Under the pieces are notes generated by a model. The model made no database searches, was not told the DNA's origin, and saw only the letters and a program-made list of their open reading frames with translations. This document shows, one piece after another, positions 11,025-21,462 of a DNA stretch of 64,000 bases; position 1 is the first letter of the stretch, and every line of letters starts with the position of its first letter. This DNA comes from Octopus sinensis. Taxonomy: Eukaryota. The DNA lies in NCBI RefSeq assembly GCF_006345805.1, contig NC_043016.1:2418001-2482000 (forward strand), in the 5' to 3' direction. The position numbers were made by a program, and so were the translations under genes.

Positions 11025-12890
11025 TTAGATGAAAATGGGAGGAGAGTTGAGCCCAAATGGCATAAAAGAGCGAAGAGAGAAGATTAATCCCTGTTCACGG
11101 CGCAAGCGGGAATCCGGATGGCCTCTGTGCAGGGACAATCCGAACACAGACAGGTGTTGCAAAGAGTGACCGGTGGAGCGGAAATGGCGTGAGACTGGAG
11201 TGTCATTGGCGAGGCGGATGTCTTGGAGGTGTTCTGCGAACCGGTCATCCAAGCGGCGTCCCGCTTGTCCGATGTAAAGGAAATGGCAGAGAGAACAGGA
11301 GATGCAATAGATGATGTTGCTGGAGGTGCAGGTGAAGGAGTCGATTATGCGATAGGTTCGATGATGGGTGCCGGTGGTGTTGGAGAGGTAAGGGCAAGTG
11401 CAGCAGCGTGGGCGGGAGCAGGGGAACGGGCCAGGTTCGGAGGTAGGGTTGGGGAAGAAGCTGTGGACCAAGGGGTCTCGTAGGTTATGGGCTCGTTTGA
11501 AGGAGGGGAGGGGTCGGTTAGGGAAGAGGTGTGAAGTGGACGGGTCGGACTGGAGAAGCCGGAAAGCTCGAAGAATGGTGCGTTGGAGAGGTAAGGTGGT
11601 GGGGTGGTGAGGGGAAAAGGGAGGCGCGAGACTGCAGGGCGGTTTCGGGGGGAGAGAGCAGATGCACGGTCCACAGAACATGCTCTGGCAAGGGCGGTGT
11701 GGATAGTAGTGAGGGGGTATCCACGTAGGATGAAGTGGAGAGCCATGAGTTGAGACTGAGTCTCAAAATCATGGTCGTCACTACAGAGCCTGCGTAGACG
11801 GAGGAATTGGGAATAGGGTATGAAAAGCTTGGTGTGTTTGGGGTGGGAGGAAGAAAAGTTTAGGTATGAGTGTGAGTCGGTGTTTGTAGTGAATGGAGTT
11901 GGTAAGAGTGGAGTGATGAATGCTGACCGAAATGTCAAGAAAGGAGACAGAGGTGTTGGAGATAGTGCAGAATTGGAGGGCAGGATGGAAGGATTTAACG
12001 AAAGAGAGGAAGGAGTCTAGATGTTTGCGGGAGAGTGAGGTGGCACCGATACAGTCGTCAATATAACTACCGTATAGTTCCGGAGTTGAACCAGTGAAAC
12101 TAGAGAATATTTGGGCCTCAAAATAGCCAACGAACAGGTTCGCATAGTTGGGGCCCATTCGCGTTCCCATGGCCACTCACGAGCTGTTTGTAGAACTCGC
12201 ACGCGAACGAGAAGCAGTTAAGAGAAAGGACAAGTTTGGCCAGACGAATGAATGTAGAGGTGTCGGGTTCAGGGTTGGCGCGGAGGCCGAGAAAGTGTTG
12301 AAGTGCACGCAGAGGCTCTGGATGTCCATTGTTAAGAGGAGTTTGGAGGAGCCAGGAGGAAAGGAGAAAGAGTTGAAAAGCCGGAGAGCATGGTTGGTGT
12401 CGTGGATGTGAGAGGGAAGAGACGCCACTAGGGGGGCAAGGACACGGTCGAGGTATTTTGAGATAAGCTCGGTGGGGCAGTTTCAGGCAGAGACGATGCG
12501 GCGGCCAGGGTTGTTGGGTTTGGGGATTTTGGGGAGGAAGTAAATGGTGGGGGTGCGTGGGGTTCGGACAATGAGGTTGGATGCGGTGTAGGGGAGACGG
12601 GAGGACGAGATGAGGTCGTGAACAGTAGAGGAGACCGTCTGTTGGTAGCTAAGCGTGGGGTCAGAGGAGAGTAGAAGGAGGTGTCATCGAGTTGGCGGAG
12701 CGTCTCGGCCCTGTAGAGGTCCGCGCGCTACACTACCACAGCTCCACCCTTGTCGGCCGGTTTAATAACAATGTCAGTACGCCATCGGAGGGAACGAAGA
12801 GCCGAGAGTTCGGCTGAGGGGATGTTGAGGCGGCGGTGGCGCCTGGAGAAGTTGAACCGCTCCAACGCACGCTGACAGGCACCGGCGGTA
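11025..12890 (-). pseudogene. Penelope-like RT + GIY-YIG endonuclease, frameshifted
   Basis: Motifs: IKPADKGGAVVV, LLTMDIQSL, MGTRMGPNYANLFVGY, YIDD, FLDI, TDSHSYLNFSSSHP, IPYSQFLRLRRLCSD, Cys linker CSRPRCCTCPY, IIYCISC...LYIGQ..R..DRFAEH. Confidence 0.92.
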
Positions 12891-12891
12891 T

Positions 12892-12938
<47 letters not shown>

Positions 12939-13385
12939 TAATATATATATATTATATATATATACAAATAATTCAATTTTCTTAGAAAGTATTTTTAAGC
13001 ATACTTCACATATATGGGCTGTATTAAGAAGCACTCATTGCAAGCTAAATCGAAGGATAAGACAAATTATAGAAGGAACACATCTAGGCAATCAGTACAA
13101 ATTCCAAACCATAATTTAAAGCGCCCCAATAAATAAATATGCATATAAATTTATACAAATAAATGAATAGAATTACATGTGAAAGTTATATGTGAAAACT
13201 ATGCATCATGTACGTTGGGCTCACATACTAAATGGAGGAGGGACAACCGTAGAGATAAAAATTCAAGGTAAGGGCTTCCAGAGTAAATGTTCCAATCGAT
13301 TAAGAATTTGGTGTTTATATGAGATCGGATGAGAGTTAAAAATTTTAAAACTCAGAGGTAAATAAATTTGGTAAATGTTATTACA

Positions 13386-13447
13386 TAAGATAGATATACA
13401 AACTCGGGGTTAAACTCCTTTAACCCCGAGTTTGTATATTTATCTTA
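13386..13447. repeat. Near-perfect inverted repeat (29-bp arms, 4-nt loop)
   Basis: TAAGATAGATATACAAACTCGGGGTTAAA-CTCC-TTTAACCCCGAGTTTGTATATTTATCTTA; one mismatch. Confidence 0.95.
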
Positions 13448-14633
13448 CATAACAATATATACGAATTTACAATATAAAATAAGTGGGCGCAAGATTCAGT
13501 ACTAACCTGGTAACAAAAATGTAATTGTGATGTTCAAGTGGTTCGAAAAGTTACCCACAGTATAATAGTTCTAAGTATTGGCAGCATTCCAACAGTTTAT
13601 CTCTTACTCTTCACAACGTGAACTTTTGATTACTAACTGTTTTCTACCTCCTTTTGCATCCATTCGTTACAAGCAGTCTATATGTTAAAAGACAGACCGA
13701 AACGAGCGTGTTCATTTTTTCTGTTTTTTTTTTTCAGGTACTGTATTTCCCGTAATTATTATGGAACAAATCGAATTATCTTGCATCGACTAAGAATCGT
13801 CATCGTATCGCGAACCAACCACTTGTCTATGATTACATGTTCTACAGGTCTGCATTTATCGCTCTTAAACTCTAACAAATAAAAAGCAACCAAATATCCA
13901 GATAAAGAATGCAAATAGTCCGATTCGGGAATTGCTAGGATATCGGATCAATAGTCTAATATGTCGTACTCTTACACTGTCACTGACCTGGGTAAATGGC
14001 CAAGATAGACAAACTCAATTCTAAGTGGTACTTGTCTCATTAAACGAGATACAATAATATGTATCAGTGGAATAGACTTGAACCTCACAATATTTAGTCT
14101 CTCTGACTGTCTACTCCACAATTAATGCAACAGCATTTGTCCTTCAGAGTTAGCTACCTGCATGCATAATCTCTAACTGTAGCCTTTAATATATTTTATA
14201 CATATGCCTCACATGCATTATTCCTAAATCTATAAACGCCTGCAATTCTTTCACCATCTACGTTTTTCCTGCAAATATTATTGAGATACGTTAAAGCCAA
14301 ACATCAAACACATTATTGTTCGCAATAAAGACCATCAATATTTCTCCTCCTTGAAGCCTCCTCAACCGAAAAAAGATTAAAAAGGAAGGAGGTGGGCAAC
14401 AATATTTGCCCGCCGAAGGACCCTAAGGCTTCGGGAGGTGGGGAGAGACACCGGACAAAGCAGAAGAGCTCCACTCTCCCGAACTCAGGAAGGAAAGAAA
14501 AAAAAGAAGGAAGAACGGGTCATCTCAGCGAAAAGAGATGATGTGCCATCTGCATGTCCCGAAGTTGTGTCACTCACGGTGGAATAACGACCCCCACCCT
14601 TAAAGATGATCAATTAATTATCTTTTTCTACAA

Positions 14634-14888
14634 ATGGGGGAGGTGGAAAAAATAGAACATAAAGAGACAGTAGATATGCCCTTCACACAGGATTCCGAAT
14701 GGCCTCCGCAGATAGCTGTGGAGGTCATTAGGTTTCCCTTGTGGGAAAGGCTTAGAGGATTTGGGAAGGAATGTCGCATATGGCCGGGTGGCCCTTACAC
14801 GACTTACATGTCCTACATGAGTGAGGCATGGGAAATAGCGGGATACAGGAACTCAAAGGGCATTGAAGATGGATATATCGATGAGTAG
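14634..14888 (+). other. Orphan 84-aa ORF in a relatively GC-rich island (14340-14940); origin unresolved, possibly a TE ORF1 remnant
   Basis: Non-repetitive amino-acid composition, but no motif I recognise. Confidence 0.2.
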
Positions 14889-15206
14889 GAGGTGAAAAAG
14901 CCTAGTTAGAGGGTTTGAAACCTCATCTTATTGCATTATTTGTAGTGGTTATAACTCAAATTGTGTGTTTAAAAAAAAAAATGTTAAGTAAGAGGTTTTA
15001 GTGCCTCCTTCTTGTAAGAGGTTGAAAACCTCATATTGATTTTTTAAAAAAGAAAAATATGTTTTCGAGAAAAATCCAATCGGCGGGTGTTGGGTTTCGT
15101 CTCTCATTTATTCATTCTATTTCATTTTCATTCATTACTGTCTTTGTCCAGCCCGCAAAGCTACACACTCTTTGTACTGCCTTTATGGCAAATTTGATAA
15201 ATTCAT

Positions 15207-15352
15207 GTAGCTTGCTTACAAACCACATGGATCCGGGTTCAGTCCCACTGCGTGGCACCTTGGACAAGTGTCCTCTACTATAGCTTCGGGCCGACCAAAG
15301 TCTTGTGAGTGGATTTGATAGACGGAAACTGAAAGAAGCCCGCCGTATATAT

Positions 15353-15412
<60 letters not shown>

Positions 15413-15423
15413 TTAGATAGATT

Positions 15424-15490
<67 letters not shown>

Positions 15491-15690
15491 GTACGCGTGT
15501 GTATATGTTTGTGTGTCTGTGTTTGTCTCCCCCAACATCGCTGGACAACCGATGCTGGTGTGTTTACGTCCCCGTAACTTAACGGTTGGGCAATAGAATA
15601 AACCGATAGAATAAGTACAAAGAATAAGTCCTGGGGTCGATTTGCTCGACTAAAGGCGGTGCTCTAGCATGGCCACAAGTGAAACAAGTG
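15207..15690 (+). mobile_element. tRNA-derived SINE family B (5'-truncated) with internal (GATA)n expansion
   Basis: B-box-like GGTTCAGTCCC, CORE-like ACCTTGGACAAGTG, internal (GATA)n at about 15352-15490, 3' end GGCGGTGCTCTAGCATGGCC. Homologous to 33504-33850 and 41226-41343. Confidence 0.85.
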
Positions 15691-17579
15691 AAAGAGTTAA
15701 AGTGTATATATATGACGAGAGAAAGGGAGAGAGAGAGAAAGAGAGGGAAAGAAAGAGAGAGACAGACAGACAGAGAAAGACAAACAGAAAAGAGAAGCAT
15801 AAGTCAGAAACAGTTATGGACAGCTACAGAGATGTTCCAAAGGCCGAATAACTTGAAGGAACTAAAACCTGAATGAATAATATACGAATTTGTAATCACG
15901 TGATTCTAGTATATAATGAAAAAGATAATCATGGGATGGTTGTTACGGAGAGCTCATCGCAAATTAGACACTGTCCATTGTCTAAGTTATTTTTCTCTCC
16001 TTCAAATATTATTACAAGAGCGGTGGATTTGGAGAATCATTAGTACATCTCGTATAATCTCTTTTGTTAATATGTTCAGGTTCCTTTTTTTTCATTTCCC
16101 AAAAGACTTTGCTTTTTGGTGACGGTGGAGTTGATAAAATAAAGATTAGATCAAGTGCTAAAGTTGAATTAATTGACTAACTCTACTCCTTACTCTAAAT
16201 GTTACAAATATTAATATTACTAAAGCAGCATATTTTCTCCATTTATTGGTCCTAATTTATTTTTAGTCGAAACAAAATGTAATAGCTAACTTCTATCTTT
16301 ATGTCACGCATGCGTCGCATCCAGTTTTCCTAGTCCTGAACGATACGAGCAGTCTTTCTTCCATAAAAGAAATTGTATCATAACAGAAGCGCCATACTGT
16401 TTATGCTTCATCTCGACTTCTAATTTCCAGACAGTGCTTTAAATATTGATAGTATAAACATCACACGCACACACCAATACTATTCACTAGACTATTCAAT
16501 AGGAGAGTTCAGAAACAATCGCCACATTCTTTCCCTAGATCGATATATTAAAACAAAAACAAAAACTGTAATAAAGGAGGAGAGAGCTGTTAAATATCAG
16601 TTGCATATTACTGTGCTGCACACCCATGTGAATTTCCCCAATGAGAAAATGAGAAAATCTTTTTGAATGATAGAGATGACTGCATTTGTAATGTTCGAGT
16701 GATAAATTATTGTGGGAAGCTGATGGTGATTTTACTAGATACACAAAATTACTTTGATAGCTTTCTCTTTAAGTCAATCATACGAATATGCACTGAGACT
16801 AAGCTAAATAGCAACTTTTATTCATAGTTTGAAAACAATGATAAGCAGGTGTTATTTGTGGTTTCACCTGGAATCAATACTCTAGCATTGGCTGCTTGGT
16901 TTTTTGTTGCTTTTTTTTCTTGTTTTCGTTAGTTTGTATGTTTTTGCATTGTTTTTGTTGAAAGATGGGCGTGTGATGAAAAAAAAATGATCCACAGTCT
17001 TTTGTGTCAAAACACTGAGCGTAGGCATAAATCAATAGCCACCACCACCACCACACCTCACCAACGAGACCATGTATTTTTCTTGCCTGGTTATGGTGAT
17101 GACAACCACTGCCTGACTTCCTCGATAGGCGGATTGAGTGACAATGACTTCTGGTCACATTTCACGCATCATTCGCTTTCCAAACCAATTATTTGATTTT
17201 TCTGTAAACATTATCAGCCACATGAACTAACTCTATGCTAATTATATATAAATAAACAATCGCGCCTTCTTTGTGCCTCCCTATCTTTGTCAAATAAGCA
17301 TTTGAGACATTGATTTTTCTTTCTCTTCTTCTTCCTTTCAACAGAATAAGTCTTCAATCGATGAGATCTGTATAAATGGATGACATTATTTCAGATTTTA
17401 TCCAAGACACTTCAGTTGAATATTTTTTCTGTTTTTTTTTTTTATTGAGGTTCCAAAAGCTGTTTTATTTTGCATCTGAATCGTTCTCTTTTGAAGACGG
17501 TTACTTCTCAGACTTTGATAATTGCAATCTAATATCACTTGAAACACGTCCTACTTTTTTGTTATTCTCTATTTTTTAT

Positions 17580-17582
<3 letters not shown>

Positions 17583-17647
<65 letters not shown>

Positions 17648-17700
17648 CTCTCTCTCTCTTGCTCTCTGTCTCTCCCTGTCTCTCTCTCTCTCTCTTGCTT
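17583..17700. repeat. (CT)n microsatellite
   Basis: Direct reading. Confidence 0.95.
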
Positions 17701-18879
17701 TCTGTTTATTTTTTTTTACTATTTTGTGTTTTACAGTTTCTTTCTATTTTTTTTTTACTTTGTTTCCCCCACCCCATTTTTGTTGCTCAGAAATTCTTCA
17801 AATGTCTTTCTTTTTTCTAAAATCATAATTAACAAATATTTCGCTTTACCAATTCCGCTCCCGCTATCTATATAGACAATGCTATCATCTGTTTTCACAG
17901 TGAGCGTCGCAGAGAAAAGGGATAATTCCAGGCGAAATGAAAGCGCGGTACGATTTCGATCCTTGGTTAATGCATGTTCACCTTACGTATAGTTGAAATG
18001 TCTGTTGGTCAAGGCTTTTAAAGGAAGCTTTTCCTCTCTTCTGTTAAAATATAGTGTTCCTGTCAACTCAATTTTTTTCTTTCCCCTTTTCTATTCGTAT
18101 GATGACACTATAGAAATAATTAAACAGTAGATTAAATTCCTTGCAAGCATTAGTATTCTTGTCTCTTGTCAAGAGTCATGAAATTATGAAATAAAATCCA
18201 CTGCTATTGTTTCGCTGTATTACTAAATAGGACACCTCATTTTACATCAGTTCAGCTCATTTAGTTTTTAAGAATACGTGAGTGCTGAACACCTGACCAG
18301 GGTCCACCAATCAATTCGATTCAGTCATAATAGTTGATTTGGTCTTTTTATTTCATGTTGTTGCTTTTATCCCCAGTTCAGCCCTGATGTGATCGTATTG
18401 TGATTAAAGGCGTCTAAATTATGACCTTTCAGTCTGAGACATTTTTCTGGAATGAAAAGAAAGACGGGATACATTATCCAATGTATATTTCTGTCAAGTT
18501 ATTAAAGTGAAATCTATTAGGATTTAGAAGCTATTTCTACAAGATCGAGCGAACACATTGCCGAACATTCAAACAAACGAGATATAGCTGCTTCGTGGTT
18601 TCTCAACTTGCTAGAAATAGTGGCTAAATTGCCATCAAATTTCACCTAACCTCTTAGAAATGATAGGTTTGATATTGTAGTCATAATTTTTTTTTATGTT
18701 TTTTTTTTCACAGAGAAATCAGACGGGATAATCATGGCTCTACATAATCAGGACCAATGCAGTAGATCAAAATGACCACAACATAAAGAGTAAATGACAG
18801 TAATAACAGCATAGAAACTCATTCGTTGGCACTGTTGGTGATTGATTCTCATGCTTGATTTATGTAAGTCTAACCACGC

Positions 18880-19020
18880 TTAAATGCTTACGAGTTAGAC
18901 CTTGCTGCCCTCGTCAAGGATTAAAATACTGCACAAAAGATGAAATTATAATCAGTTGAGCACTGGGGTCGAACTAATCGACTTAATTCATGCCTTTTGC
19001 CAAAATTTGAAATCAATATA
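18880..19020 (+). mobile_element. Degraded SINE family A core with tail type 2
   Basis: CAGTTGAGCACTGGGGTCGAACTAATCGACTTAA followed by GCCTTTTGCCAAAATTTGAAATCAATA. Confidence 0.55.
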
Positions 19021-19578
19021 TTAGAAATAACTGACAATTCCTTCGTACCCAGTACATTTGTGGTCTTCTTTTGTTTCTTTAAGCAAAAATATCAGATTAT
19101 TTGGCTCTTATACCATTGATTGTGTTTATACAAAAACCTTTCCCAGTTGATAGTTACCATAACATTTTTATTTTCAAAAATTAAGCTTTACGGAATCTTC
19201 GCAACTGAAATATCAATCGTTCTGTTTTGCTTTTAAATGTTTAGTTAGCAAGGGAAGAGCAGAGCCCATAGCGCTTTTGTTTTTCGGGCCTTTAGGACTG
19301 GAGGAATGAGAAAGTTATCCTCCAGCTAAATGCCCTCAAGAAACATATGGGACGATTAACTTAACTCTGGTAACAGTTTCAATGTACAAGAACCAAAAAC
19401 TCTCATTGCAAAATGTCAGAACAAATACCGAAAGGAATCTGGTCGAAAGCTCTAGCAATTTAGCTAAACTACTCTTTCTTTGTTTCAACGACTCTGTAAA
19501 GATGAAAAGCAAAGAGAACCTCAATAGGATGTGAACTCGAGACACAGAGATCCAAAGCAAATATCGCAAGGCATCATA

Positions 19579-19806
19579 TTTCTTTATTGCTCACAAGGGG
19601 CTAAACATAGAGGGGACAAACAAGGAGAAACAAACAGATTAAGTCGATTACATCGACCCCAGTGCGTAACTGGTACTTCATTTATCGACCCCGAAAGGAT
19701 GAAATACAAAGTCGATCGGCGGAATTTAAACTCAGAACGTAACGGCAAACGAAATACCGCTAAGCATTTCGCCCGGTGTGCAAAAGTTTCAGCCAGCACG
19801 CTGCCT
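19579..19806 (-). mobile_element. tRNA-derived SINE family A with Tx1-like 3' tail
   Basis: Homologous to 39967-40196. Core CCTTTCGGGGTCGATAAA..GTACCAGTT..CTGGGGTCGAT; tail ...TTTGTCCCCTCTATGTTTAGCCCCTTGTGAGCAATAAAGAAA. Confidence 0.85.
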
Positions 19807-19949
19807 TTGTCCCACACCCTAACGTTTATGCTAACTCTTACACACAGTCCAGCATACTTTGTTAGTATTCACCTCTTTCTTTTCCACACTCTCTCCTTCA
19901 TTTCTCCCTGTCTCCGCGCTCTCTCTTTCTCTCAGTATATTTGCATATA

Positions 19950-20132
19950 TGGAGTATATATATGTTATATATATAATATATATATATTATAATATATATT
20001 TTGTGTGTGTGTGTTGTGTACATGCATATATATATGAATGTATGTATATATATGTATATATCTATATATATGCATATATGCATATATATATATACATATG
20101 TATATATATAATATATGTATATTATATATGTA

Positions 20133-20164
<32 letters not shown>

Positions 20165-20237
20165 GTATATATATATATGTATATAGATATGTATATATGT
20201 GTATATATATATGTGTGTGTATATATATATATGTATA

Positions 20238-20299
<62 letters not shown>

Positions 20300-20340
20300 A
20301 TATATATAATATATATATAATATGCATATATATATTAATA
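19950..20340. repeat. Compound (TA)n/(TATG)n microsatellite
   Basis: Direct reading. Confidence 0.95.
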
Positions 20341-20997
20341 TAGGGTGGATTTCAAATTATAATATATAAAGATGAGACATGTTTTATTTGGTCTCTATTT
20401 ATGTTAATGTTTTTGCGCATCCGCTGATGAGAACATCGCCTTGCAAGTTTTTCGAGGTCCGGCTGTAAAACAAGGTAAATGTTTTCAATTTTCATTCCTT
20501 TCGAAATTGCTCTTAACTGTGGTTTGGTGGACTTTTTGACTGTTCTTTCTGGTAACTTAGGCAACTGTTTGTGTTTAAAAGTACACTCATTTTTTATACA
20601 TACATCATACATACATACATACATATATTTACATTATAGATATATATATATAATAATACATATATATATATATACATATTTATATACATATATATATGTA
20701 TGTTATATATATATTATAATACATATATATATACATATTTATATACATATATATATATGATTATATATATATATTTATTATATATATATATACATACACA
20801 CATATATATTTAATAAATATTGTATATATAATATACGTGATATATATATAATACACACACACGCGCGCAAGCATACATACATATACATTATTATTATATT
20901 ATTATATTATTATTATTATTTTATTATTATTTTATTATTATTAATTTTATATTATTTATTATTATCATTCATATTATTATTACTAATTATTATTATT

Positions 20998-21462
20998 GAG
21001 TGAGCGAGCAGAGCATGCCATCAAAGTGACACTGGGGTAAAATATACGAGCCCAGTAAACCCATCATGACTACCCGTCTGATAAGGGGGGACACCAGCAC
21101 ATGCATCACAACCATATGTGCGCGACATGGTGATCTCATATCAAAGATAACAGCACATGACCTTGCAGGTGGAGCCCAGTTAGAATTTTCTTCAGATCGA
21201 GTAACCCATCCTGCTCAAAAGGTCCCTGAATAAGGGTTGTTTAAGGATTTTGAACGAAACACCCATGTTTCCAGAGGTGAATTATTCAAACCCCAAAGAA
21301 TCCCTTTCAACACATGGCTATGATGCTCCCCCACTACTTCTGGTATAAAAGATGGGCTACAGCAAATATTCTGCTCAATACCACAGATTTGCTTGTCAGT
21401 TGTTTGACCTTAACCAGTTGAGCATATCCCTTAGTGGCTGACGATATGTGCATCTCTGATCA
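20998..21462 (-). mobile_element. ~550-bp (TAA)n-associated non-coding element, copy 1, 5'-truncated and 5'-inverted
   Basis: 20998-21342 is colinear with the other copies; 21343-21462 is the reverse complement of the next segment of the consensus. (TTA)n lies to the left. Strand is inferred from the truncation pattern. Confidence 0.85.

Larger units (their letters stand above)
10345..12890 (-). mobile_element. Penelope-like element (Neptune-type), 5'-truncated, with pseudo-LTR-like 3' region
   Basis: RT and GIY-YIG domains (next feature). The 3' region contains CTGTCGAAGAGCGTAGGCTCGAAACGT. Bounded by (TG)n on the left and (CA)n(TA)n on the right. Confidence 0.9.

Noticed and set aside
10619-11056. 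Ser/Leu/Pro-rich and Arg/Glu/Gly-rich ORFs
   Set aside because: Artefacts of the purine-rich low-complexity tract.
17344-17382. Possible terminal exon after a strong pyrimidine tract (…CCTTTCAACAG|AATAAG…)
   Set aside because: Only 12 codons are open and there is no recognisable protein or partner exon; needs RNA-seq.
17901-17947. Possible 47-nt micro-exon (TTTTCACAG|…|GTACGA)
   Set aside because: Splice-like signals are common by chance in AT-rich DNA; the peptide is not recognisable.
20341-20600. Possible hAT transposon end (TAGGGTGG; LQPDLEKLARRCSH)
   Set aside because: Resemblance is limited to a few residues; no second terminus or 8-bp TSD is visible.
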